Below are positions 1 to 11,527 of a stretch of DNA of 64,000 bases, piece after piece. The stretch's first letter is position 1, and each line of letters starts with the position of its first letter. Location: NCBI GenBank assembly GCA_964247055.1, contig OZ176053.1, positions 3,968,001 through 4,032,000 on the forward strand, given 5' to 3'. The translations under genes were made by a program, and so were the position numbers. This DNA is from Paragordius varius (lineage: Eukaryota > Animalia > Nematomorpha). The notes beneath the pieces were generated by a model, which was not told the origin of the DNA, made no database searches, and saw nothing but the letters and a program-made list of their open reading frames with translations.

Positions 1-59
1 CGAATTGAAAAGCGATGACTCTTTTATATACTAAAAGTTAATTTTTTTACTTGATATTT

Positions 60-605
60 AATTTTTATATATTAAGACTTCATTACCTTTTACCTTTTAG
101 AGTAGTTTTATATCCCAGGGCACAATTTCGTAAATAAACTATAGGTTTGAAAGTTATTTTAGCTAAAATTACTTTTAAATATTGTTATGTAATAAATATT
201 TTTTTTACAGTTTTGTGACTTCCAGAGTCCTAAATTGAGACAGCTCCAAAACACGATTGAAACTAACATCTGATATCAAAATCCAAATATATTAAGTTTT
301 TTCTGGTAAAATGTAGCCCGAAAGCTTCCTAAATTCAATTATTTACATTTTATAACTATAATATGCATTTATTCGCCTGTTGCATTATCGATTTAAAATT
401 ATAGAAAATATGGCGGCAAAAAAGTCTGAATTGAGGATTTATTTACAATTTTATATTTTTTTATAAAAAATTGTATAATGCGCCTATAAGGCTAAAAATA
501 GCATATATTTAAATTCGGCTTATTATCTTATGTACTTTTTAAGATATTCAAATTTCAAATAGCTTTGGGATGTAAAACTATCCCAAAAGGTAATGAAGTA
601 TTAAC
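60..605. repeat. Dispersed repeat, copy 1 (second copy about 21790-22323)
   Basis: Colinear shared blocks such as ttttgtgacttc, cgattgaaactaaca, ctggtaaaatgt and agctttgggat..actatcccaaaag occur at both sites. Boundaries are approximate. Confidence 0.7.
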
Positions 606-802
606 AATATATGAATTATTTATTAAATACAAACAAACATTTTTTTTCTCTATGGTTCCATAAAAAACCACAGAAGTATAGGCGAATTCTACGGTTAAAT
701 ACTCATTTTACCTTAAAGGAGCGCATAATATTTACATTAAAATCTGACCTTAAGAAGTTTAATTCATATTAATTTTTTTATGAAATATATTATGTGAATT
801 AG

Positions 803-2785
803 GTTGCATTGCATTTCTCGTGGTTGCAATATACTTTCTTTCAAGACCAAATACACAAATTTTATGGCGAGAAAAGGTGATATTTGGCGCATTTTTCTTG
901 TCAGCCATATTATGTCTTGGGTTTTCATTCCTTTTCCACACCATGTCTTGTCACAGTGAAAAAATGGGAAAATTATTTAGCAGGTTATATTTTATATAAT
1001 CAACTTATAATAAAAAATGATTAATTTTTTTTAAATTATATTTTGAAATATTTTTTAAAATATCAAGAAAACTGAATCCATAAAGTTTACAACCACTTTT
1101 TGTATTTTATTTCTTGCTAAATGTAATTTTTACTTATAAAAACGCAAAGAGTTTTTTATAATATCAATAACTTTAGATTTAATGATGGAATTTATTTTTT
1201 ATTGACAAGGATATAATTATCATTTACCGCTATCTTTAAAATTTATTCCATACAACAAAAATTAACTATTACGACATTCAATTATAAGCCTGCTTGAAAT
1301 TTTTAATTTTGATGTCTATAGACTTGATTATTGTGGGATAACGCTTTTAATCATGGGTTCCTGCATACCCTGGTTATATTACAGTTTTTACTGCCAACCT
1401 TACACCAAATACGGTTACTTGACACTCATAATATGCCTTGGCATAATTTGTTTAATTATTTCGTTTTGGGAACGGTTTGGGGATCCTAATTACCGCTGGT
1501 TACGTGCAGGTATATATTTGTAGATTTATTTTGAATAATAACACAAAATATATGTTTTAACACTATTTTGCCTTAAAATATAGGATTTAATTTTTATGAA
1601 TGGATTTTTATCGAGTGATGTTTCATAAAGTCTGATAAAGATATAAGCGACGTTTGAGTTGGAAATTTAATCATGATTTAATTTTATAAAGATAAATCGG
1701 ACAATTAAAATTTTAATTAACCAATGTAATAATTTGAATTTTGTAACATAATCGCATTTAGCCATATTAGGCTTTGCCCAAAATATACATAATCGGTTTA
1801 TAATCACCCCTAAAATGCTCGCTAAATTTTAAGTGACTTTGTGCCAAGAAATATATAATAATTGGTTTTATTTGTTTACCCTGAGGTTATTATTTTAAAT
1901 ATTTTACAATTCATATTTAAGTCTCATTACCCTTATTTAATTTATGATTTACAATTTTTTGTGTAGGACTCTTTATTACATTTGGTTGCAGTGGTGTTAT
2001 ACCTGCCCTCCATTACACTCTGGTAAATGGTATTTATACTGCCATGACTATTGGCGTTATGGGTTGGATTTGTCTCATGGGACTTTTATACATTGTGGGC
2101 ACGCTTATGTATGCTTTCCGTGTACCAGAACGCTTTTTCCCAGGCAAATTTGATTTATGGGTAAATAATTTTATATAGAGTAACGGGGTTTCATAAATTA
2201 TTTGTTGAATATATTGCATAATTTAAATAAAAATAAAAGAAATCTCTAAATTATCAAATTTTTTTAACTAATTTGCACATGCATATATATAAAATTTTTA
2301 CATTATGACAAACTCTCATCTTATGATTTCCTTTCGTAGACTTTTTTATTAACATCTTTTGATATTTAATTTTTACTGATTTTTATGAATTGTTAAGGTT
2401 TTGTACTGTTTTGTTATTAATTAAAAACATTTGTCTATATTCTCTTAAAAATTGATTGTATGGGAGATATACCCACCTTATTTTAAATAACCAAAAAAGT
2501 TAAATTATATTTTTTCTTAAAAAGTGTCAGCATAAGGATATTAAGCTCTACATTTTCCCAAAATTGGTCATTATAACCAGAGTTTATTGTATATATTTTT
2601 GGCTCTTTTATACCATTTTAAATTTCTTCTTTTTTTTCTTTTGTGCTTGATAGTTTCAAAGCCATCAAATTTTTCATGTGTTTGTCCTTGTGGCGGCTTT
2701 TGTTCATTTTTATGGGATCTCAAAAATGGCTGCTCACAGATTATCTCTCGGTGAATGTGCTGCGGAAAACCTTAATTTTAGCTAA
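803..2785 (+). CDS. ADIPOR: Adiponectin receptor (PAQR family), 5'-partial; exons 803-983, 1322-1509, 1967-2160, 2654-2785
   Basis: The spliced translation contains AdipoR hallmarks: FLFHTMSCHSEK, LDYCGITLLIMGSCIPWLYYSFYC, VPERFFPGKFDLW|FQSHQIFHV..FVHFYG, then TAA. All junctions are GT-AG and in phase. The N-terminal exons are not in the window. Confidence 0.93.
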
Positions 2786-4116
2786 TTGTTCTCATTTACC
2801 GAATTCTCGCAATAATAATTTTTATTCTTCTCAAGTTTTATCGGTGTGAAAGTAAAACAAGGTTATCTCTTAATAAAAGTTTGTTAACAACAATATGAAT
2901 GATTGTAAATATAAATATCATATTAACATAAATATCGCAAATACCACTCTGTGATAATCAGTAAAATAATAATAACATTTTATTTATCAATAATACAGAA
3001 ACACATATTACTGATGACATAATATTTATTCGAATTCACTGATATATATATTACTGATACTATAAACAAATTATGCACCTCTACCTTCATTAATTTTTAA
3101 TATATGTATGTATCATCTACCTTTTAGTTAATTAACTTAAATAAAGTCAAATTAATGATTTCAAACTTAATATAATTGTTTCATTAGTAGGAAAAATTTG
3201 CCAATAGAAAATATTGATGTGCGTAATAATTTCTAGAGATGACCTTACTGAAGCCAAACTAAAATTAGAAGATTAGAAGCAATTGAAAAACTATAATAAA
3301 AACTTATCTCAATTCAGTTACCTTCAATTTTGAAGATCAATAGCTTTGATGGATTATTATTATTTTTGGTCCAACTTTTTTTACATGATACAATCCAGAA
3401 TTTTGCGAGAAAGATTTAATTTAACAATTTTGTTTTAAGGATATTTTTATTGTAGATATAATAATAATTTAAAAATTAGGCGTAATCGCAATTATAAGGT
3501 AATGTATCGGCCATATATTACGGAAAGCTTTATAAAACTAGTGGATATTTTTTATGACTACTTGTTATTGGGAATTTGTAGAAATACTGAAGCGTTTATG
3601 AAATGTCTGCCTACTTAAAGTTTGTTAAAAAGGGAAAAAATAACATTGTAATGAAAAACTTAAGATTGGCTTTTGACATAAAATTATGGATTATTATTGC
3701 TTTCTCCACAGTCGTTTTCAATCATTTAAGATTTTGATAGAGCTTTTCATCCATTTCAAGGCCTTGCAATATTCCACATCGATTTTAACCTCGAATTATT
3801 ACGGTGTCTTTGTGTCTCGTTAGCTCCTGGATATTTCCCCTTAATATGCGCAAATCCAAAATGGTTCCTGTTTAATTCAACCCTTTATTGGCCTTTATTA
3901 TAATGAGAGCTCAATTGGGACCATATTACAACATTTTTTACTCTAAGAATTGTAAGCTTAGATCATTTTTGCGACATATCATACTTTAAACTTTGATTAT
4001 TTGTGGATTGGAAAGGTTCGGTGATTGTTCGATTTTCTACCGACTATCTTTAATCTTTCTCCCCTCTGAAGGGGCTAAACGTAACGCGGATTAGCGCCAA
4101 ACTGTAATAATATGCT

Positions 4117-4121
<5 letters not shown>

Positions 4122-4150
<29 letters not shown>
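4122..4150. repeat. (TA)n microsatellite
   Basis: Uninterrupted TA run read directly. Confidence 0.9.
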
Positions 4151-4155
<5 letters not shown>

Positions 4156-4826
4156 TAAATTATGTCGGACTCTTATACGTTTCCGAAAAATCGTTTTCTA
4201 ATTTTCAGGCGTTAGAGAATCCCATTTGACAAAAAAATTAGAAAAAAATAATGACTATCATATAGAAGAATTCTATACTTTTCCACAAAAAATGATAAAA
4301 TTTTTAGTAATCCATTTTTCCCTAATTAACAATATATCTAGTTTTGGACGAACTCCAGAGGCTAAACAAAAAACGCTTGACTATAATCTAGGCCGGCGAC
4401 AAATTTTAAAAGTTGTGTGTTTACGGAAAATTATTTAGCCATCATCTATGTTTTCGTTAAAATACAACAAATTATTTTTATTATTTTTGTTTAAAAATAC
4501 GCATTACTTATAAAAAGGCGATGTTAATCAACTATTAAACGAAGAACGGCATTATGCCGCGAAATGCGCGCTTTTGATTGAAAAAATTATAAATAAAAAA
4601 TTTATTATTAATTGATAAAAAATGAATATGTAAAAAGAAATTTCAATTTTTTATTTTATTTAAATATCAATACATTTATCATTCATACACATTTATATGA
4701 AAATATATTTATATGTATATCATAATTTAATAATTTGTTCACATGTGCAAGAATATCGCTTGTGGTGCTTAACGCTTTATCTTTATATTTTCATGGTCCA
4801 TCGCGTGAAAAGAACAAAAAAATGAT

Positions 4827-6101
4827 TTATCTTCTACACATGAATTTGTTAATGAATTTGTCTCGAAACGCACTATCTAAAATGGCGTAAACGTAAAAAC
4901 ACCAACAATAATTAGTATATTCCAATAAATTACTGATTGCAATGAGTGTGTTTGATGCGGCCGATCCTTGAAAAGAATACATTAGGGATAAAACTGAGGC
5001 TGGAAGGATGCTTGTACAATAAAACACTATAAAACCGCTCAATAAAATGATTGTTTTAATTAAGGACGATAATAAATCAGGATCCCAAACTTTTTTGGTT
5101 GGCGTTGAATTGCTTTTAGTCGAAGAATTACTTAAAGGACGGATATTTTGTGATCCAATAATTGGGGTATTCGCTTTCTTTGGTTTTAACCAAAATGATG
5201 ACGAAGCATTCTGTCGAATACATTTGTCACTTTTGAAAATATTTAAATCTTTCGTTTCAGGCATTATAATACTTTGTGGGACTGATATCATTATGGATTG
5301 TATGTTAGGGGCTAGTATGGGGACATTTTGTTTTTTAACAAAATTTGGACAACGCGCTTTTTTCCTATATCTATACTTTAGTATTGATGTGCTTATGCCT
5401 ATGACGAAAAAAAACATACATAGCGTAGGCAAATAAACTAAAACACTCTCTCGCAAAATTTCATAAAATTTGAATCCAAATGTCCGTTCTTTTATGATTC
5501 GTTTACAAAAGTATCCATACTTAGGGTTGCGATAATAATATTTTTGTTGGCTGGACGATGATTTACAACGGTACAAAAGGTACCATTGACTGATGGGTAT
5601 GCAAAAGGATAAAGAAATCGTGAATGATAACATTGGTACCCAGGCATGAATTTGTTGTTTGCGCCACATCAATTTTTGCGTTGGCTTAGTCACCACAATG
5701 TATCGATCTAGGAAGAAAAAGGCCATTATGACTATGGCGGCCCGTTTGAAGGCCTTGGAGAGAGGCAGGACACCTTTGCGTGCAAATATGTTCCATTTAC
5801 ATGTCATGACAAACAACTTACCATGGTAAAGACCAACCTTTTCAATGAACGGATAAAATATATCCATAAAACATGAAAGCCAATTGAAAATGGCCAAGTA
5901 TCGTAGGTAATTACTGCTCACATCATCGTGCAAAGAACGTGTAACCTGGAATGCCACCGTATTCCCAATCATCCCTATAATTGATTGTAAGGGTGTTAGA
6001 TAAATGTAAACTATGTATTCAAACAATTCATTGGGTGTTTTACGATCATAACTTTTTGAATAGGTACAATACGGCGTAGTGCGATTATAGGCAAAGGCCA
6101 T
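4827..6101 (-). CDS. Rhodopsin-class (class A) GPCR, peptide-receptor-like (FMRFamide/myosuppressin/sex-peptide receptor type), single ORF, 424 aa
   Basis: Seven hydrophobic segments with TM1 GMIGN, TM3 LDRY, TM4 W-x-P, TM6 LP and TM7 NYCWCFYVY followed by FRDKF. The third intracellular loop is long. Confidence 0.85.
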   Translation of the reverse strand: MAFAYNRTTPYCTYSKSYDRKTPNELFEYIVYIYLTPLQSIIGMIGNTVAFQVTRSLHDDVSSNYLRYLAIFNWLSCFMDIFYPFIEKVGLYHGKLFVMTCKWNIFARKGVLPLSKAFKRAAIVIMAFFFLDRYIVVTKPTQKLMWRKQQIHAWVPMLSFTISLSFCIPISQWYLLYRCKSSSSQQKYYYRNPKYGYFCKRIIKERTFGFKFYEILRESVLVYLPTLCMFFFVIGISTSILKYRYRKKARCPNFVKKQNVPILAPNIQSIMISVPQSIIMPETKDLNIFKSDKCIRQNASSSFWLKPKKANTPIIGSQNIRPLSNSSTKSNSTPTKKVWDPDLLSSLIKTIILLSGFIVFYCTSILPASVLSLMYSFQGSAASNTLIAISNLLEYTNYCWCFYVYAILDSAFRDKFINKFMCRR

Positions 6102-7859
6102 TTGTAAGGTAAGGATGAAGGATAGTAAATATATATTTTGGAGAAAATTGATTAAACACTAAATATTTCTGCTTATTAATGCCATATAATTTTTAAGGTA
6201 AATATTTATATAATAATAATAATAATAATTAAAATGAGATCATGAATAAGTAGGGCAAAATGTAAGGTTTCTTTTTAATTTAAGAAAATATGGAATTATA
6301 ATTTGTATGAATATTCTGTTAATCTAGTAAACTAAATCATTCTTGTTAAAATTGTGGCATTCAAAGATGATATAAACGTTAAACAAATTAAACAACAGTT
6401 ATTGGCTAGGCTTAAACTCTAACGTTTTTTTTTACAATTTGTAATATTAAAACAAAATAATATAAATGCTTAATTGCTTGGATGTATCTATTGTTTGCCG
6501 TACAAATGTAATTAAAAGAGAAGCGTCTTATTTTTTGATTTGTGTAGATTTTTTAAAGCTTTTTAACCTAATTGATGGAGATTTCATAATCAATATATAT
6601 ATATATAAACATAATTAGATAAAGGTTAATTTTGAGACAGGTGTTTGCATGTTTTAAAATTTAAACATTAGTAAATTTTTACGCTTTCCTCAAACAAGCG
6701 GAAATAAAGTAAAATACTTTGTTATAGATAAAAATCTAATTCTCCATTTTTTAAGTTAACGGGGCCCGCCATATAAAATATAATAAAATATTATTTATGA
6801 TTTTAGCATATTTTTTCTTTATAAAAATAATATTATTGCGACCAAAATTCTGTATAGTAATGTTCATTACTGTTATTTTGTTGTCAAGCACATTCGTTCT
6901 TATAGTAATACTAGCCATGTCTTTCAATGTTAAATCTTTTGTAACTCAAATCATTTTTTCAGGGTAATCTTCAATTTGTTTGTCTACCATAGTTGCCCAC
7001 ATATATTCATTCTATTAACCCTCATTAATGACCAAAGAATACAATGCATCCCTATTTATTCTCTATCATAACATAATCTCTTCTATTTCAGGATATTTCT
7101 TATCTTCCCCTAACTGATTTCTGGTCTACTCTATTGTAAATGATCTTATCCATATCATTTTCAATCCCATTTAATGTTTTTTTATTAATGTCCATGTTTC
7201 GGAATCATATATCATCATTATTTGTGGGATCGCTCAATATATTATGTGTCACTTACAATAACCTCAGAAAATTTTAATACGTTCATTGCGTTGTAATAAC
7301 CGAGGCAAACAACAGCCAAATTATTTTACTAGCATATTTTTTTAATTTAAGAATGGTATTGTATGTAGTCAAAAATTTCGCGCTCCGAACGAAACAGAGC
7401 TGATTTTAACGTATATTTGCTAATGACTGAACTTATTTGATTTTATTTAAAATAAGTCAAATAACTAAAATAATCCAAAGAGTTGGCACTCGGTACTTTG
7501 GCAATAACCTTTTGAAATATGTAAAAACGCTGCTGTTTTTAGTTATAAATTAATTAATGTTTGGTGCCCAAAATACTAACAACACCAAATGATTACATAA
7601 TATAATATTCTAAAACTAGAGTGTTCTGGCTCTAATTTTTCGCAAATGCCTCGGTGAATATTATTGTAGAATAACTTTTTAAAAGCTATCAATTATTGTA
7701 AAACAATATTTTTAATAAATATCTGTTTTATTAATCTTATAGATTGTTTCATAAATTAGATGGATGATCGGTTAGTCTTTCAAAACTGAGTAAAGTAAAA
7801 CAATATCCCTGCCATAATGTTAACATGCTTTTGAGCCCTGTTAGAAAATATAATTACGA

Positions 7860-8580
7860 AAAGGCTAGATCCCACCATTCCTTTACACCACCGCCAGTTA
7901 ATATTTAAACCTGTTGATCAATATCATCTGGGATGTTTTAAAGATAGGAACCGTCACTTAAACCTCGGTTAGTAATATATGTAGGCAAAAATAACTTAAA
8001 GGATTGTATTTAGATATGAATGATGCTTATTTACAGATTCTTAAACAGCAAGAACGACTTTCAATGACAATTTGGATTCATAAGAGGTTGTTTTGTTAAA
8101 ATCCAAATTCATTGGTATCAAAAAAACTATATTTATAATATGGTAATATTGCGACGTTAACCAAAGTATTGCAACAATTAGAAGCCATATGTTCAAAATT
8201 AAGTTAAAACTTGCACTTTTATCAGTATATTACATGGGGCACGAAATTCAAAATTATAGTATTCGGCTGGCAAATAATATAACACGCCATTTAAATATCC
8301 TGGCACTAATAAAACAGAATACGAATAATTTAACATCCACGAACGCTTTACCCAAACTTTATCTACCTAAAAGCAATCTTCACGGAAACACCGGATCCAC
8401 GGCACTCGACCGATAGAAGTGGAAGGCAAAAATTTTATTTACCAAAGATGCTAATGATGAAATTCATTAGACTAAATTTAACAGCCCATGTTGATTAATA
8501 TAAGGATGTACCTACCTAAAATGGAGCGATGCAAAATCAATTATTTCACAATCAGAGAGAAAACTTTCGCCTTAAAATTT
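7860..8580 (+). pseudogene. Heavily decayed Ty3/Gypsy pol remnant (RT and RNase H fragments)
   Basis: 8010-8066 translates LDMNDAYLQI...TIWIHKRLF, compared with IDLKDAYLEM...TIATHKGFF in the element at 31-33 kb. 8539-8571 gives NYFTIREKTFA, compared with NYSTIEKELNA. Many stops and frameshifts. Confidence 0.65.
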
Positions 8581-8968
8581 AAACCATTTATTGCTACTAA
8601 AATTTTGAAATTTTAACATATAAGAAAATAACAACAAACTTAATATTTATCATTAACAATGATAAATAACTCAGAAGAATTTATATAACAGGGATTATTG
8701 TTAAAAAGAAGGCAAAACAACATCAGACACCATATCAAGACTAACATATGATGATGTTACTACAAGCTCTCATAACGAAGACGCCTAAAATGATCAGCAA
8801 CGCTTCATTATTTTCATAGAAAAATATTTTTGTAAAATACTAACAAAAATTACTCATTCAAAAAAAATTAATTATTAATACTACAACAATGGAGTATATA
8901 TTATGTAAATTAAATATGTTAATATTTAAATATTTATTACAAAGAATAAAATAAATCCATATTAACTA

Positions 8969-10513
8969 ATGACAGTTTCTTATTCTGCAGATTTTGCCAC
9001 AGATTCCTTTTCAATTTTTATCAAGATACTTTGGAAATGGCGTGGAAGTGTTTATCAATTGACTTGGAAACCTATTCTAGTTTTTACAATGTTTTATATA
9101 CTGTTATACATAACGTTTGCCAAAATACTGTCGCACGAAACGCAACATTTTTTTGTCGAGGTAGCAGAGAAGGCTGAAAAAACGGAAGGTATTTTAATAG
9201 GATCCTTAGCTTTTGTACTTGGGTTCTATATCAATGTAGTTTTGTCCAGGTGGTGGACTTTTTACCTTAAAATACCTTATCCAGATTCGCTGTCTTTTAT
9301 GGTCACGGCATACATCCCAGGTGAGGATAATAAATCGCGACTCCTACGCCGTACACTTATGCGTTATGTAAATTTATCCTTGATATGCGTGTTTCGACAC
9401 ATCTCAGTCCCTGTCAAAAAACGTTTCCCTACGCTAGATCACTTAGTAGTTTCTGGTATAATGACAGATGCTGAGAAAGAACTTTTACAAAAAACGCAAC
9501 CTGCCATAAATATGTATGCCACAGTTTTACTTTGGTCCATAGCCCTCATAAATAAAGCACAATCCTCGGGATTTATACCACACCCCATGGGCTGCTCCAT
9601 TCTCATCAATGAGGTTAAAATGTTTAGATCGGGTCTGGGCAAATTATTGTCTCAAGATTTGATTAATATACCTCTGGTATATACACAAGTGGTTATGGTA
9701 GCCGTTTATGCATTTTGTGCCGTTTGTCTGTTTGCTAGGCAAACTTATATGTTTCGTGCTATATATATGGATGAGGTTGTATTTGCATCTGCTACAAATG
9801 AAAGTTATACCAATAATAAAAATAATACCCTATTAGCTATAACAACAAGCGGCAACGTAGGCAAAATTAACGATAAATTGCGAGATGTTAGCGGACCGTT
9901 TAGGACACTTTTACATTACCTCTTTTACATTGGATGCCTGAAAGCTGCTGAAGTGTGTCTAAATCCCATGGGCGAAGATGACGACGATTTCCCCACCAAT
10001 TGGATAATTGATCGGAATCTTTCGGTAACTTACAATCTTTTGGATATGCAACAGGCTTGTATGTGCCCTACGCTGGAGAAAGATAAATTTTGGGAAAAGG
10101 CAGAAGGGGAAGTCCTTATTCCATACACAAATGCAGCTAAGAAGTTTGATAAAGGTAAAGTTTTTGAAGGTTCAGCCGCTCAGGTTTGTGAAAATAAACC
10201 CAGGGAAATATTTGAGGAACCTATGGCACTACCCATAATTAAAGGACATGACATTAAAAACTCGACCAAAAAATTAAGGTTGAGAAAAAATGATAATGTT
10301 ATTGAACCCGTTAGGATACCTACTAGTCCTATACCTCTGCATATTAGCAGCTCGCACAAAAATGACCCTACAAGCTTAACCGATCCTTTATATATTAGGC
10401 CTGGATCAAGTCCCTCCCATGAAATGGAAATAATACTTCCGCATTACAATAATGATTCGGATAAAAACCAGCGTGATGAGTGCGAAGAAGATTATATATT
10501 TCGATTTTCTTAA
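8969..10513 (+). CDS. BEST: Bestrophin family Ca2+-activated anion channel, intronless, 514 aa
   Basis: Motifs WRGSVYQL, FVLGFY..SRWW, KRFPTLDHLV, IPLVYTQVV and the acidic clasp NPMGEDDDDF. One uninterrupted ORF. Confidence 0.95.
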   Translation: MTVSYSADFATDSFSIFIKILWKWRGSVYQLTWKPILVFTMFYILLYITFAKILSHETQHFFVEVAEKAEKTEGILIGSLAFVLGFYINVVLSRWWTFYLKIPYPDSLSFMVTAYIPGEDNKSRLLRRTLMRYVNLSLICVFRHISVPVKKRFPTLDHLVVSGIMTDAEKELLQKTQPAINMYATVLLWSIALINKAQSSGFIPHPMGCSILINEVKMFRSGLGKLLSQDLINIPLVYTQVVMVAVYAFCAVCLFARQTYMFRAIYMDEVVFASATNESYTNNKNNTLLAITTSGNVGKINDKLRDVSGPFRTLLHYLFYIGCLKAAEVCLNPMGEDDDDFPTNWIIDRNLSVTYNLLDMQQACMCPTLEKDKFWEKAEGEVLIPYTNAAKKFDKGKVFEGSAAQVCENKPREIFEEPMALPIIKGHDIKNSTKKLRLRKNDNVIEPVRIPTSPIPLHISSSHKNDPTSLTDPLYIRPGSSPSHEMEIILPHYNNDSDKNQRDECEEDYIFRFS

Positions 10514-10840
10514 AAATCAAGAATTAAATTTAATTTGGAAATTGACAAGATAATAAATTATAATAATTAATTACACATATTATAGTCACGTATATTATTT
10601 ATGAAATGGTAAAACATGAATAACTTTGGAGACAACCAATTTATTAACTCTTTTGACATTTTCATAATAATCTGTGATTTAAATTAAAGAAAATATTTCA
10701 ATCATATTGGATTATTGAAAGAAATTGACAGATGAAGCTAATGATATTTTATCAAAAAAAGAGCGTTATATCTAGTTACTTATTACATGTAATGATTAAT
10801 CTTTTTAACACGGTATTAATTAATTAATCAATCAATTAAA

Positions 10841-11527
10841 TTATCCACTAGCATTCATTTGATCTTGTAACCATTTTAAAGTGTCATCTCCAACATCAAT
10901 AGCTTGGTAGTTCCCGTCTCGCGCTCCAGACAATATTGAATTTGGGATTTTGTTTTTAGGACCACCGGCCAATGCTAATTTAGCATTAAATGTGTTACCA
11001 AATTGTAATCCATGTTTGCTATCTATGCGGTTTTCAAGGGAATTAAGATAATTGTTATTATAATTGGGGTTATCGTACATCATGTTTGGCGTTTTTACGA
11101 ACGGTATTTTATCATAATTTTTCAACATTTCCCGGAGTAGGTGTCGATACCCCGATTGAGTTTCCGCATGCGAATTACGGAAGTTACGATAACTGTTGGA
11201 TAAATTTTTATATTTGTTATATGGAATTTTGCCGGCTGATTGACCAACTTGATCCAATATCTCTAGGCCTAGGATTCGTTTAATTTTGGGGTGGTTGGAA
11301 TTGTATAGATTATTACTGTTGTAATTAAAATTATTACCATTTTCTGTTAAAGCGGAACGCAAGTGTCTTCTTCTGATACTTTTTAGTTTGATGAGATCGT
11401 CATTCCTTAAAGGTGAATTATTATCCCAAACTGAGCCGGCTTGTACATAAATGGAATCCACACAGTGGTATATTAATATATTCCATACTAGTATGGGTAA
11501 AATAGTAAGAGTGCGCTTTATCATCAT
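10841..11527 (-). CDS. Orphan secreted protein, prohormone/neuropeptide-precursor-like, 228 aa
   Basis: N-terminal basic plus hydrophobic signal-like segment (MMIKRTLTILPILVWNILIYHCVDS), basic sites RRRH and KIKR, and Gly as the last residue before TAA. A long open frame in very AT-rich DNA; no family recognised. Confidence 0.6.
   Translation of the reverse strand: MMIKRTLTILPILVWNILIYHCVDSIYVQAGSVWDNNSPLRNDDLIKLKSIRRRHLRSALTENGNNFNYNSNNLYNSNHPKIKRILGLEILDQVGQSAGKIPYNKYKNLSNSYRNFRNSHAETQSGYRHLLREMLKNYDKIPFVKTPNMMYDNPNYNNNYLNSLENRIDSKHGLQFGNTFNAKLALAGGPKNKIPNSILSGARDGNYQAIDVGDDTLKWLQDQMNASG

Noticed and set aside
5047-5436. Antisense ORFs over real genes (also 9439-9642, 41719-42075, 47118-47546, 48367-48771, 30435-30759)
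   Set aside because: They are shadows of coding or low-complexity sequence on the opposite strand, with no recognisable motifs.
6880-7300. Stop-riddled coding-like stretch on the - strand (similar impression at 3700-4100)
   Set aside because: Probably old TE debris, but no diagnostic motif could be recognised.
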